Shown here: positions 1 through 9,991 of the stretch, piece by piece | How positions within the stretch are numbered: position 1 is the first letter of the stretch | Layout: every line of letters starts with the position of its first letter | Assembly: GCA_963692865.2 (NCBI GenBank) | Contig: OY843592.1 | Coordinates: 672,001 to 736,000 of the forward strand | DNA length: 64,000 nt | Reading direction: 5' to 3' | From: a bacterium | GTDB taxonomy: Bacteria > UBA8248 | Made by a program: the position numbers and the translations under genes | Notes under the pieces: model-generated | What the model was told of the DNA's origin: nothing | What the model saw: the letters and a program-made list of their open reading frames with translations, nothing else | Databases searched by the model: none

Positions 1-1737
1 ATTCGGTTCTGCCGCATGAACTTCTTTTGAATTTTTGATGATCACAACCCTCTGAACCAAGGAGCAGGCTTCGGCGTATACTTTGAGTTTTCTTTCCCTC
101 GACGCTTCCAACCGAACTTCTGAACCCATCGGGGCGTCGTTCAAGAAAAATTCAAGAATGATGCGCGCGCCCGTCGTGCCATAACAACGCCGCTCCCAAA
201 GGGCCTTGAATATCCCTTCCCGATCAAATGTCTCCGCCCATACACAGGCCAGTCCACCTCGCCAGGCATTCTTGAGGCGCAAACGATTCGAAAAGCCTGG
301 CTGAGAAGTATGCGTATCCGAACCGGCGATGATGCCCAGGCGGTATCCTTTCTCCAGCGCAGCCTGCACGCTTTGCCCTTCGTAGCGCGCCGGATTGACC
401 AAAGGCCTTTCGCAACCTTTTGATTCGGAGTTGCCCCAACAGGAATAGATTTCGACCAAGCGCTGAAACCTGGGGTCGTGCCAGCGCCAGCGTGTGCCAA
501 TCACGGCGCTCACCGAATGATGGGGAATCGTGAGTGCTCGACCTTCGAATCTTTCGAGTTGTTCCCAGAGTTTTTCCGGATGATCGGAATCCGGGCTGCG
601 AGAATCCAGTTTCGGGATGTTCTCGTCATCCAGAAAATAGACGTTTTTGTTCCCGTCTTGCTCGAGCATGCCAAACCATTCATAAGCGGGAAGGGCCACG
701 TATCTCCCCGTCTCAGAATAACGATTCGCCGCCTCGACAACCTCTCCCCACTGCGCCTCATCCATTCGCATGGCCAAGGAGGTGCATGCGGCGAAATCCA
801 CCCCTGCGCAATCCCGCGCATAGGTATGGACATACGCCACGATTTCACGAGCGGTCGATGGCCTCGGGTACTCCCCCACGCACAACCCGCTCATGCAATG
901 CGGGTCTCCAAAAAGAAGCGCGCGCGCAGGGGCTTGATCCAACACCTGAATTGGCGGTGTATGAGTTGTCGGCAAACCATCCGCCGAAACCTGCAGTCGA
1001 TGAACTCCCCGCGCCCTTAACGCCAGATTTTCACAAACAAAAATTCCGGGCGATTCCTGGCGAAAAGGGACTATGCTTTCATCAGGCAACTGAAGTTTAG
1101 GAGTGGATGCACCTGTTGTCGCTACGTTATGAAAACAATCTCGCGCAACGGCCCGGACGGAAAATGCTTGCCCTGCAACTGTCTGCGCCGGGGTCGTCAC
1201 CCAAAGAAAAGATGGTTCCTCGGGTGTCACTTCGAATCTCGGCGAATCCGAGAGAAGCTCCCAATCTCCCTGACCCTTCGAATCTACGGATAGAGTGAAT
1301 TCCACGGGCATGGCCAATATTTGCGCCTGCACGCCGGGGATTCCGGATGGCGTCCAGCCATAGTCGAGCTCAACAAAATCGCCTTCCGCCAAAGCAGAGT
1401 CTTGAACCGTCAATTCAAGGCTGGCGGGCAGGAAAGTATAGCCGAGTACGGGTTCTATCAATGAGGGAACCAAAGAAACATTCTCGTTCGAGCATCGGAA
1501 CTTGCAATATCCAGGAGCCGCCACATCTTCTAATTGAGGCTTGTTGAATCCATTCGGCGGCGTGAAGCGAAGACCACCATCACGCTCGATTCCTCGCGGA
1601 CCGACTGTGTAGGTAATGCGCCATCTGCCTAATCTGCCTGCCGTAATCGGGCCTTCGGGCTCTATGTTCGCTCGGCCCAAATCTTCACCAAAAAAATGCT
1701 CTCGCAGCGCGCCTATACCCCGGCGAGGGGTTCCCAT
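1..1737 (-). CDS. DUF3604/PHP-like metallo-phosphoesterase family protein (3' end runs off the window; not in ORF track)
   Basis: Manual translation from ATG 1737 (RBS AGGAG): MGTPRRG...WRITYTVGPRGI...LLFGDPHCMSG...YARDCAGVDFAA...PAYEW...TIPHH...LVEIYSCWG...YRLGIIAGSDTHTSQPG, the motif order typical of DUF3604 proteins. Confidence 0.8.
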   Translation of the reverse strand, partial: MGTPRRGIGALREHFFGEDLGRANIEPEGPITAGRLGRWRITYTVGPRGIERDGGLRFTPPNGFNKPQLEDVAAPGYCKFRCSNENVSLVPSLIEPVLGYTFLPASLELTVQDSALAEGDFVELDYGWTPSGIPGVQAQILAMPVEFTLSVDSKGQGDWELLSDSPRFEVTPEEPSFLWVTTPAQTVAGQAFSVRAVARDCFHNVATTGASTPKLQLPDESIVPFRQESPGIFVCENLALRARGVHRLQVSADGLPTTHTPPIQVLDQAPARALLFGDPHCMSGLCVGEYPRPSTAREIVAYVHTYARDCAGVDFAACTSLAMRMDEAQWGEVVEAANRYSETGRYVALPAYEWFGMLEQDGNKNVYFLDDENIPKLDSRSPDSDHPEKLWEQLERFEGRALTIPHHSVSAVIGTRWRWHDPRFQRLVEIYSCWGNSESKGCERPLVNPARYEGQSVQAALEKGYRLGIIAGSDTHTSQPGFSNRLRLKNAWRGGLACVWAETFDREGIFKALWERRCYGTTGARIILEFFLNDAPMGSEVRLEASRERKLKVYAEACSLVQRVVIIKNSKEVHAAEPN

Positions 1738-1822
1738 GAACAATCTCCTGTTTCAGGCCGACCAGCGATTTGGAAAATTCAACAATCATGAAAACAAAAT
1801 CAAAGCGAGAAAATGAACGCAT

Positions 1823-2494
1823 CTATTCCCACGTGAGCATTGCGGCATATCCATCCCTCGGTACGTTCACTTGAATCGGAAATCCCTCGTGGCGCTTAAA
1901 TGCCTGGATCGTGATCAGATGCACATCCGATTCCCACAATATGTGGCGGAACGAGCACTCGAGTGTTTGATAGTACAGATAAGGATCGCTTTCGTCTTTG
2001 CGAAAACCGCTTTCGTGCGCAGGCAGAACAAGATTTTGAAAATAATCTATCACTCGCTCACCGTTTGCCCATGTTCTATCCGGAGAGTACTTCCGTGGCA
2101 ATTCCTTTTCTCTTAGCGTGGCAAGCGTTTCTTTCGATAAAATCTCGCGGCACAAAGCGCAGGCATCATCAAGCGCATCTAGGACATCAGACATTTCAGA
2201 AAACCGGAAGGGATCGAGCATCCTGTCTGCTCCACCTTGATTTGCCAGAGATTTATCTCGCGGCAACGAATCCGGATACAAAACGGGGGGCCAGAATTCC
2301 AGAAAAAACAGATAAGGTATCCATGCGGTGTGGCTGATTTGTTCCTTGATGGACCATGCTCCCCAACTTTTCTCGGTCAACTTCAATTCCAATAATTCCC
2401 GTGGAAGCCCATTCGTTTCTTTGCGGAACAAATCCGCCAAATTCTTATATTCCGGAAATACGTCCAGTCCCGGAGTGGTTAAGCCTTCTGGCAT
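1823..2494 (-). CDS. DinB/YfiT-like four-helix-bundle protein
   Basis: WSIKEQISH near N-terminus and RHILWESDVH near C-terminus; paralogous to 4047..4730. Confidence 0.65.
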   Translation of the reverse strand: MPEGLTTPGLDVFPEYKNLADLFRKETNGLPRELLELKLTEKSWGAWSIKEQISHTAWIPYLFFLEFWPPVLYPDSLPRDKSLANQGGADRMLDPFRFSEMSDVLDALDDACALCREILSKETLATLREKELPRKYSPDRTWANGERVIDYFQNLVLPAHESGFRKDESDPYLYYQTLECSFRHILWESDVHLITIQAFKRHEGFPIQVNVPRDGYAAMLTWE

Positions 2495-2511
2495 ATCGCT
2501 TCCTCAAGTCA

Positions 2512-3411
2512 TCAATTTTCGTCCATTTTCATCGGCAAGTGCTCCGCATACACTTCCGCCGCTTGCTGCGGCGTCAAGCTTTTGTTTCTCGCCTCCAGAG
2601 TTTGCTCCGCCAAAGGCGTTTTCGCTAGATGAGAATAAACGGCCGCCGCTCCTTGATGAAACTTCGGGGTAACGCCGGCGGCCTCGAAGGTCTGCGCAAT
2701 TTGTTTCATCTCATCAATATAACGCCATGCCACGACGGGAAGGCGAGGCGCGCTCGAGGTCATCTGTTGATAATAAGCCTGCTGACTCGTTTGAAACTCA
2801 TGGCTCACTTCCTCGCTGAGACCGAGGGCTTCCGCCAAGGTTATAACGGCAGTTTGAAGAGCATGGGTCCCCTTCGTGAGGGCGGCGTAACACATCTTGA
2901 TTCCGGAAGCCCGACCAATCTCTGGCCCTAATAAGCGTACCATGATCCCTTTTCCGTCCAATTCTGACAGCAACTCCGCCCGCTCGCCGCTGAAGTAAAA
3001 CCTTGTGTTGTTCCGTGTCTCATTCGGTGGGGGACCCAATATCCCCCCATCGATAAAATCCGCTCCGGCATCTGAAATTTTCTTTGCGATAGCTTTTGCC
3101 GTTTCCGGCGATACGGCGTTGCAGTCGGCATATGGGGGACAAAAACCAGAGGCTGACATGGATTCCGCCACTTCGTCCGCCGCCTGGGCTGCCAAACCAG
3201 GAGGCACGATGGACAAAACAATGTCTGCTCGCTCCAGTATTTCTGTTATCGTCGGATAATCCCGAATGCCTCCTTTAGAGGCCAAGCGTTTCGTCCGTTC
3301 GCTTCTGTTCGCGAGACAAGTTATCACCTCAAAACCATGCAATCCCAGCATTCTCCCCACCGCATGTCCCATATCTCCCGGGCTGATGATGGCAACGGTT
3401 TTAAGTGCCAT
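2512..3411 (-). CDS. NAD(P)-dependent oxidoreductase, 6-phosphogluconate/3-hydroxyisobutyrate dehydrogenase-like (DUF1932 C-terminus)
   Basis: SPGDMGHAVG Rossmann motif, DCNAVSPET, DGGILGPPP, ASGIKMCYAALTKG. Confidence 0.85.
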   Translation of the reverse strand: MALKTVAIISPGDMGHAVGRMLGLHGFEVITCLANRSERTKRLASKGGIRDYPTITEILERADIVLSIVPPGLAAQAADEVAESMSASGFCPPYADCNAVSPETAKAIAKKISDAGADFIDGGILGPPPNETRNNTRFYFSGERAELLSELDGKGIMVRLLGPEIGRASGIKMCYAALTKGTHALQTAVITLAEALGLSEEVSHEFQTSQQAYYQQMTSSAPRLPVVAWRYIDEMKQIAQTFEAAGVTPKFHQGAAAVYSHLAKTPLAEQTLEARNKSLTPQQAAEVYAEHLPMKMDEN

Positions 3412-3543
3412 GTGAGCACCTCCTCTTGCCCGTAACTAGAAACAAACAATATATGCCGAGTCTAGCAGAAATGAAGCTCTTCAGAGAAAGAGCGTTGACA
3501 TTAGATGAATTTGCATTCTGATATGAACAGCTTTCTGAAAGAC

Positions 3544-4050
3544 CTATTTATTCCAGATACATTTTTTGTCTTTGGGAGAATACACCATCACACCCACAGG
3601 CTCGCTTACTGTTGAGTCTCTCGCCATGCGCAGGATATTCACAAATAAAATGGCATCTTTTGCTCCCGCGTTCTCTAGCATGTCTCTTCCCAGGCGGCAG
3701 ATTAACTCTGCTCTTTGCCTTCTCTTTTTTGCGCTCACCTCCGACCAAGGCAACAGGATATCAAGAGACAACCTGTCAGGACTCATCTCGGAAACGCGAA
3801 TTTCCGCACGGCTGGTGTGCTTTGAGGCATCCAGATATTTCTTGAGAATTTGGCCTACGTTTTTTGTGATGTCCCCCGGAGGCATTCCTCCCCATTTCTT
3901 TGCTTCTGCTACCAAAGATGCTTTTATGCCTGTTTTGGAAAGAAATAGTGGCTTCGAGAAAAACAATAGCGCGCCCGCTATAGATGCAAATGAGATGAAT
4001 AAAAACCAAAACAGAAAATTCACCCCTGAAGGTTTCCAGGTTCTCATCAA
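3544..4050 (-). CDS. hypothetical membrane-anchored protein
   Basis: 168-aa ORF with one N-terminal hydrophobic segment; start overlaps stop of upstream gene. Confidence 0.6.
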   Translation of the reverse strand: MMRTWKPSGVNFLFWFLFISFASIAGALLFFSKPLFLSKTGIKASLVAEAKKWGGMPPGDITKNVGQILKKYLDASKHTSRAEIRVSEMSPDRLSLDILLPWSEVSAKKRRQRAELICRLGRDMLENAGAKDAILFVNILRMARDSTVSEPVGVMVYSPKDKKCIWNK

Positions 4051-4730
4051 GAAACGGGATAGGCGGAGGCATAGCCGCCGACAGGGGCATCAGGATAAAC
4101 GGGAGACAAGCCCAGGGCTTCACGATGAAGCCTGATGGAGCGCAAGTGAATCAAATCGTCCCAAAGCACGTGACGCAAAGTTACCAGGGGAGTAATTCGA
4201 AATCCATGTGGGTGTTCAGTATCCAATGTAAATCCATCCGGGTGACACTTCATACAACGGTTCCACAAATCTATGGAACGCTCCTCGCTCACGCCCACAA
4301 TCGAGCTATCTGTAAAAACAAACAAGAGCCTTTTCTGTGTCGAGCCTTCGTGCTCAAACTTTTCAACTTCTGTAGCCGCTGCTTCGCATGCTTCGGAAAA
4401 ACGTAAATGCAGCCATTTGGGGTCCGCATACCGCTCAGAAGAAAAACGACGGTCATCCTCCCGCGTGTTGATGAACGTGCCGAACTGACTCATGTCCACG
4501 ACCGGCCAATGCAGGCGAGTGGCGCCGTAAAGAACCATGAACCATCTCGTCGTAATGTAAGCCATATGGCTGAGTTGCCTTCTTGGGGACCAACGCGCCC
4601 AATCTTCTGTCCCCGTTCTATCCAATTGCGCCTCGGATAAATCGGCGAGTTCGCCTATCGTCCATGCGGGGATTTGCCGGTAGACATAGGCGATTTCGCT
4701 TGGCGAAACCGGATAAGAAGATTCACTCAT
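4047..4730 (-). CDS. DinB/YfiT-like protein
   Basis: WSPRRQLSH and RHVLWDDLIH motifs; translationally coupled on both sides. Confidence 0.65.
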   Translation of the reverse strand: MSESSYPVSPSEIAYVYRQIPAWTIGELADLSEAQLDRTGTEDWARWSPRRQLSHMAYITTRWFMVLYGATRLHWPVVDMSQFGTFINTREDDRRFSSERYADPKWLHLRFSEACEAAATEVEKFEHEGSTQKRLLFVFTDSSIVGVSEERSIDLWNRCMKCHPDGFTLDTEHPHGFRITPLVTLRHVLWDDLIHLRSIRLHREALGLSPVYPDAPVGGYASAYPVS

Positions 4731-5437
4731 TCCCTAACGCCCCTTTTCAGGATTTCACAAATCGCCTCCTTGTCCTCCAGGGTAGCGAAAAGAAAATCCG
4801 GAGAAGCACTCGCCAACTCGTAAAGTGAATCCCCTTCTGTAGCCACTGCTACCGTCTTGGCACAACATGCGCGGCCCGCTTCAACGTCACGCCACGTATC
4901 GCCAATCACCCAACGGGAAATGGATTTATCGGGGAATTCCTTTTGAATAATCGCTTCGCCTCGCTGAAACCCCATTTCCAGCAACTTCGCCCTGTCGCCA
5001 GAATCGGAGCCAAACCCTCCGAACGAAAAAAACCGGTTCAACCCGCCGCGCGAGAGTTTGATTCGCGCACCATCTTCGATGTTGCCCGTGCCCAATCCCA
5101 TGAACACGTCTTTCCGACTCTCTAGACACGAAAGCAATTCTGGGATTCCCGGCATCAAATGAAAGTTTTTGGAATCCCTTACCGTGGTGGGTAGGATTTC
5201 CACATACTTCTCTAAAAGAACCTTTACCTCAGACTCGTTCCCGTAACGACCAAGATGAGAACTGAACATCTCTTGCACGATAAGTTCATCCGTTTTCCCA
5301 TGCGGGTGAACATGACGCATAGCGTTCGGTATCCCGTAAATTCGCTCAAAAGCGAGACTCAAGGCTCCTGCTCCGGCTCCCCCACTCAAAAGCAGCGTTC
5401 CATCCACATCGAACAGGATTAGGTGAATTGAGTTCAA
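4727..5437 (-). CDS. HAD-family hydrolase (phosphoglycolate phosphatase-like)
   Basis: LFDVDGTLL motif I, GTGN motif II, IGDTWRD motif IV. Confidence 0.9.
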   Translation of the reverse strand: MNSIHLILFDVDGTLLLSGGAGAGALSLAFERIYGIPNAMRHVHPHGKTDELIVQEMFSSHLGRYGNESEVKVLLEKYVEILPTTVRDSKNFHLMPGIPELLSCLESRKDVFMGLGTGNIEDGARIKLSRGGLNRFFSFGGFGSDSGDRAKLLEMGFQRGEAIIQKEFPDKSISRWVIGDTWRDVEAGRACCAKTVAVATEGDSLYELASASPDFLFATLEDKEAICEILKRGVRE

Positions 5438-5606
5438 TGGTTTCTTCCAATGTATATACTTGGAAATACTCTGAGCGAGAGACGATTCCCCTCTATGTTA
5501 TAACAGGGAGTCGAATTGATTCCAGAATCATTCCTGTTCGTGCTGGTGAAACACATGAATTCAGTGAAAATTATCCAGCAAAGCACACAGATAAAGGAGA
5601 TGAAAG

Positions 5607-6311
5607 TTGCCAGATGAGAAAATCGCCGTCGTAACGGGCGGGAACAAAGGTATCGGTTTCGGGATCTGCCGATCGCTTGCAAAACAAGGGATAAGAACCA
5701 TCCTCACGGCGCGAGACGTATCCAAAGGTGAAATCGCTAAAGAGCAGTTAAAACAAGAGGGGCTGGAAATCATATTCCATCCCCTGGATGTCACCGACGG
5801 GAATAGCATCGATTCTCTAGCCCGCTTTTTGGCCAAAGAATTTGGAAAACTAGACATTTTAATCAACAACGCGGCCATCAGAAAAGATGCCGGGATGATG
5901 GGGTTGGACGTTCCCATCGAGATCTTCCGAGAAATGATGGAAACCAACCTCTACGGGCCGCTCATGATGTGCCAGACATTGGCTCCTCTTCTGAAAAAAA
6001 GCGCAGCAGGCAGAATCGTGAACCTCTCAAGCGGCATGGGCTCTCTCGCCAGCATGGGAGGAGGCTCTCCCGCATACAGAATCACCAAAACCGCTCTGAA
6101 TGCGATGACGAAAGTGCTGGCGAGTGAATTCCGAGGATCTGGCGTATTAGTGAATTGTTGTCATCCAGGATGGGTGAGAACCGACATGGGCGGTCGGGGC
6201 GCCTCTAAATCAATAGACGAAGGAGCGGATACGCCTGTATGGCTCGCTTTGTTGCCAAAAAATGGGCCTACCGGAGGGTATTTCCAGGACAGAAAGCCCA
6301 TGCCTTGGTAG
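5607..6311 (+). CDS. short-chain dehydrogenase/reductase (carbonyl reductase-like)
   Basis: TGGNKGIG, NNAA, YRITK, HPGWVRTDMGG. Confidence 0.9.
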   Translation: MPDEKIAVVTGGNKGIGFGICRSLAKQGIRTILTARDVSKGEIAKEQLKQEGLEIIFHPLDVTDGNSIDSLARFLAKEFGKLDILINNAAIRKDAGMMGLDVPIEIFREMMETNLYGPLMMCQTLAPLLKKSAAGRIVNLSSGMGSLASMGGGSPAYRITKTALNAMTKVLASEFRGSGVLVNCCHPGWVRTDMGGRGASKSIDEGADTPVWLALLPKNGPTGGYFQDRKPMPW

Positions 6312-6424
6312 AAGGCGTGTTTATTTCATCACGTAGCTGGTGTTCGGTAGGCAGGTGTCTGGTGATTGCTTCGATGAAAAAATATTGAGAGGCGTTAATT
6401 ATCGATTTAGTCGGCTTTTATAAA

Positions 6425-7000
6425 TCAAGCCGATGTTTTTGCATAATCCCATCCCGTAACAAACAATTTCACCTCGCCGGTTGATTCCTCATATTTATAG
6501 CGAGTTAACTTGGCGAGATCATCACCATAGACATGAATACCCACCACAGGCTCAGTTGAAGCACAACTTACGCGATGCGCATCTTTATCTTTCGTACAGC
6601 AGACGAAAACATCTCCGGGCCCGGCCAGGCGTTTGCCTAGAGGCGTGAGTTTTACGCGGGCGCCGCTCTCGCGGGGACCTTCACGCAAAAAACTCTCTTC
6701 GTTTTCCGTTCCCCGGTAAATGCCTATCACTCCCCAGGTGCCGTGATCATGAATCGGGGTGGTCTGACCCACATCCCATATACCGGCGCCAACAGAAAAG
6801 CTCTCATCCGGCTCGACATGAATCCGGTTGAGCGTAAAACCTTCTTTTTTCACTAACAGCTGATCGGCATTCAAGAGGTTCGGCTCATCCAAAATTGGCT
6901 CAAGGGCCGTCACAACATGAGCCGTCACTTCTTCTTCGGTACCGCCAGTCTGTACAATTTCACGTACTTGGTCGATAAAATCCTTCATCTTTTTAGACAT
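6425..7000 (-). CDS. cysteine/3-mercaptopropionate dioxygenase-like cupin
   Basis: TPIHDHGTWG, DAHRV and IHVYG motifs of thiol dioxygenases. Confidence 0.8.
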   Translation of the reverse strand: MSKKMKDFIDQVREIVQTGGTEEEVTAHVVTALEPILDEPNLLNADQLLVKKEGFTLNRIHVEPDESFSVGAGIWDVGQTTPIHDHGTWGVIGIYRGTENEESFLREGPRESGARVKLTPLGKRLAGPGDVFVCCTKDKDAHRVSCASTEPVVGIHVYGDDLAKLTRYKYEESTGEVKLFVTGWDYAKTSA

Positions 7001-7048
7001 CTTTCATCCCCCAAGTTTTAGGATGCGTCCAAGCGAAATTCGTACGTC

Positions 7049-7600
7049 CTACATTTTATGATTCATCTCATGGACCAAGAGAGCCAACTTCAAAGATACG
7101 CTGCTTGCGAATCCACCGAGCTCGCCCGAGCCCGCGGTGACTCGATGTCATGGTATTATAAGCGGAACGGGATTTCTATGAAGCGCCTGGCCGACGGCGC
7201 GTGAAGCATTTGGGTTTCCAATCTGATTCGCCACCCAGCCGTAGGAGCGCGTCTCGCCATAAGGAATTTTTTCCGTCTCCTTGAGCACCTTGGTCATAAA
7301 TGGCGTGAGAGAGGAGATATCTGTCTTCAACTTGAAATTTTTTCGGGCGCCTTCAAGATATTCTTCTATCTCTTTTGAAGCTCGACGACTCAACGGTGTT
7401 GATTGCTCCTTTGCATGATTCGCCGCGAGAAGTTTTTCCACTCCATTCAACATTCTTATTTCTGCAATGCCCTTATCCGATACAAACACGGAGAATTCCG
7501 CACGCACTTTCTGAAGCCACTCGGCTACATGATTTTCCAGCGATTCTCCATCTTGCCGGAACAACTCACCCTGTTGCCATCCATCTACCCGGCGCGCCAT
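7049..7600 (-). CDS. ogt: methylated-DNA--protein-cysteine methyltransferase, selenocysteine-containing (in-frame TGA 7148-7150)
   Basis: IPYGETRSY, ASRAVGQA, NPVPLIIP then TGA-CAT-CGA-GTC = U-H-R-V (canonical PCHRV), continuing GELGGF...KLALL.HE to TAG at 7049. Confidence 0.88.
7108..7144 (-). promoter_or_regulatory. SECIS-like stem-loop 3' of ogt UGA
   Basis: mRNA CGAGUCACCG-CGGGCUC-GGGC-GAGCUCG-GUGGAUUCG; G-led apical loop ~21 nt after the UGA. Confidence 0.7.
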
Positions 7601-7623
7601 CTCAAATTCTCCTGTTCATGCCG

Positions 7624-8820
7624 CTAAAACGCCGTGGCCACTCCTCTTACATAGGCCTGTCCCGTTCTTAAGCGCAAGATCTGATTCGTTCCATCCGAAT
7701 GCAAGAACGTGCTGGCATCACGAAGATATTTCTCCATGGGCGCATCGTGCATAATGCCTGCGCCACCGAATACCTCCATGCCCAGGCGCGCGCAATCAAA
7801 GGCGACCTCCGAAGCGAAAACTTTGCACTTCCATCCTTGCGTGAAATCATAGGGCTTTTGATGATCCACCGCCCAGGCGGTGCGCCAGATGTACGTGCGC
7901 GCAATGTCCAGATTCATCGCCATATCGGCGAGAATAGTTTCTATCGCCTGGTGTTGCCCGATGGGCTTGCCGCCCTGGACGCGTTCGCGGCTGTAGGCGA
8001 GCGCTTTCTCGAAAGCGGCGCGTCCGACACCCAAGGCCGTGGCGGCTGCTTCGGGTTTTCCCATCGCCAGCAGATTGCCTCTGATTTCGAACATATTCCC
8101 TTCGCCCAGGATAATGTGGTTCTCGGGGATCTCGACGTCTTCATAGAAAATTTCTGAATTCATCGAAAGTCGCTGGCCAATTTTTTCATGCACTTCGCCT
8201 ATCGATACGCCGGGTGTCTCTCTAGGCACCAGAAAGCCGGTCAAGCCTTCTCTCAAGCTTTTGCTGAGGTCGGTTCTCGCCGCCAAAACGTACAACGACG
8301 CGACAGGGCCATTGCTGACATAGCGCTTTTCCCCATTGATGATCCATTTGCCGCCCTCTTTCTCCGCGCGCGTATAAAGCGCAATGGAGGGATCGTCGTA
8401 ATATCCCTGATGGTCGGTTCCCGCTCCCTCTTCCGTCATGGAAATCGCAGCCAGGAATCTGGGGTCTTCACACAGGCGTTTTATCCAGGGATCTCTGACT
8501 TCAGGCTCTACCTTTTCGAATATATGGGACAGCTTCCATGTCTGATCCAGGTTCACCGCAAAACCCAGATCTCCCACGGCAAGCTCCTCCCCCGCCAGAC
8601 AACAAGAAAGCACGTCGGCATCCATTCCGCCATATTCTTTGGGATAGGGAAGCTGCCTTAAACCCAAAGCGCTTGCTTTTTCGGTCAAATCCCACGGCAT
8701 CCGCTCTTCCCAGTTCTGAATCCGGTCACGCTCGGGAGCCACCGGAGCCAGTTCTTCACCAGCAAATTTTCTGGCTATTGTCTGAATTTGTATTTGTTCT
8801 TCATTCAATGTGAATTCCAT
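7624..8820 (-). CDS. acyl-CoA dehydrogenase
   Basis: SMTEEGAGTD, INGEKRYVSNG, ERVQGGKPI, FGGAG...EKYLRDA, GTNQI; start MEFTL with RBS GGAGGAG. Confidence 0.92.
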   Translation of the reverse strand: MEFTLNEEQIQIQTIARKFAGEELAPVAPERDRIQNWEERMPWDLTEKASALGLRQLPYPKEYGGMDADVLSCCLAGEELAVGDLGFAVNLDQTWKLSHIFEKVEPEVRDPWIKRLCEDPRFLAAISMTEEGAGTDHQGYYDDPSIALYTRAEKEGGKWIINGEKRYVSNGPVASLYVLAARTDLSKSLREGLTGFLVPRETPGVSIGEVHEKIGQRLSMNSEIFYEDVEIPENHIILGEGNMFEIRGNLLAMGKPEAAATALGVGRAAFEKALAYSRERVQGGKPIGQHQAIETILADMAMNLDIARTYIWRTAWAVDHQKPYDFTQGWKCKVFASEVAFDCARLGMEVFGGAGIMHDAPMEKYLRDASTFLHSDGTNQILRLRTGQAYVRGVATAF

Positions 8821-8895
8821 GCACACTCCTCCCGTCAATCATCCCCTGAAAGCGAGGCAAATGATACGATTCTCTTTAAGGAAAACAAAAGCGCA

Positions 8896-9279
8896 TCATG
8901 AAGAACAAGACAATGCGCGATTGGCCGCAGCCATCTCCATGACGCCGGGCGGTCTGCCGACGCCTGCGACAAAAGCGGCATCCGCTCCCGCCATTTCTAG
9001 CTGAAGAACAGATTCGTTCAAATCTGCATTTGGTGATAGCGATATGCCTCGCCTCGAAGGCATGTCTGTTTTTGCGACCTCTCCCACCTTTTGAAAAACC
9101 TCGGGCACACGAAGAAACTCATCCAGGTCTTTTTTGCTTACAACGCCAACCAAGCGATTTTCATCAAAAACAGCCGCCCAAGGCGAGTTTATCCTGTTCA
9201 TGGCCGTCCAAGCTTCTCTGGCGTCCTCCTCCACCCCAACAATCGCTACCGCCTGCAAAAAACACTCCCGAACCTTCAT
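8896..9279 (-). CDS. CBS-domain protein
   Basis: MKVRE..., VFDENRLVGVVSKKDL CBS pattern. Confidence 0.7.
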   Translation of the reverse strand: MKVRECFLQAVAIVGVEEDAREAWTAMNRINSPWAAVFDENRLVGVVSKKDLDEFLRVPEVFQKVGEVAKTDMPSRRGISLSPNADLNESVLQLEMAGADAAFVAGVGRPPGVMEMAAANRALSCSS

Positions 9280-9977
9280 CGAGCGATTTTCTCGGCCACC
9301 GACAGAAAACCAAAGCGCGGCATTGCTTCAATTTTCAAAAACGTTGATTTCATCGCTTTTAGTCTTTCCGGTGGATGTTGGGCGATTTCACTGGCCAGAT
9401 CACATGTTACCCTCATCAGGTCTATTTTCGATGTGAGGCGATTCACCAATCCTAAGCGATATCCCTCTCGCGCATCAAATCTTCTGCCGGTGAGCACCAA
9501 ATCCTTTGCTGATGGAATAAAAATCTGCCGCGTCAGACGAACGGTGGCGTCTCCTCCAGGAAATACGCCCATCGCAGTCTCCGGATATCCCAAAACGGCG
9601 CCCTCCACCGCAACACGAATATCGCATGAGAGCATCAACACCATCCCCCACCCGAAAGCGGGCCCGTTTACCGCTGCTATGGTCGGGATGGGCAGTTCAC
9701 GAAGGGCCGTACTCCACCTCTCGCCCAACATCATGAAGCGTTTCGCTTGTTCTTTCGTATGGGTAGCGCTTTCCTTAAGGTCGCGTCCTGAAGAAAAAGA
9801 CGTTCCTGAGCCGATTACAATAAGGACTTTAATATCTGGTGTCCTTTTAATTTCATCCATCTCCCTGCACATGGCTTCCATCAATGGCGTGTTGAATGCG
9901 TTTCGCGTTTCCGGACGATTCACGGTGATGATCGCAACATGGGATTCGATATGTGTGATGATCAGGCCTTTATCCAT
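9276..9977 (-). CDS. enoyl-CoA hydratase/isomerase family protein
   Basis: NRPETRNA, FSSGRDLKE, AAVNGPAFGWG, PETAMGVFPG; start moved to MDKGL because the longer ORF start crosses a terminator. Confidence 0.88.
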   Translation of the reverse strand: MDKGLIITHIESHVAIITVNRPETRNAFNTPLMEAMCREMDEIKRTPDIKVLIVIGSGTSFSSGRDLKESATHTKEQAKRFMMLGERWSTALRELPIPTIAAVNGPAFGWGMVLMLSCDIRVAVEGAVLGYPETAMGVFPGGDATVRLTRQIFIPSAKDLVLTGRRFDAREGYRLGLVNRLTSKIDLMRVTCDLASEIAQHPPERLKAMKSTFLKIEAMPRFGFLSVAEKIAR

Positions 9978-9991
9978 GTTTCGCCACAATG

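Noticed and set aside
7148-7150. Nonsense pseudogenes or an alternative genetic code (UGA = Trp/Gly) as the explanation for the three in-frame TGAs
   Set aside because: All three fall on catalytic Cys positions with intact downstream frames and hairpins. dnaA, recF, parA and mnmE end normally at TGA, and TGG encodes Trp, so UGA is still a stop codon.
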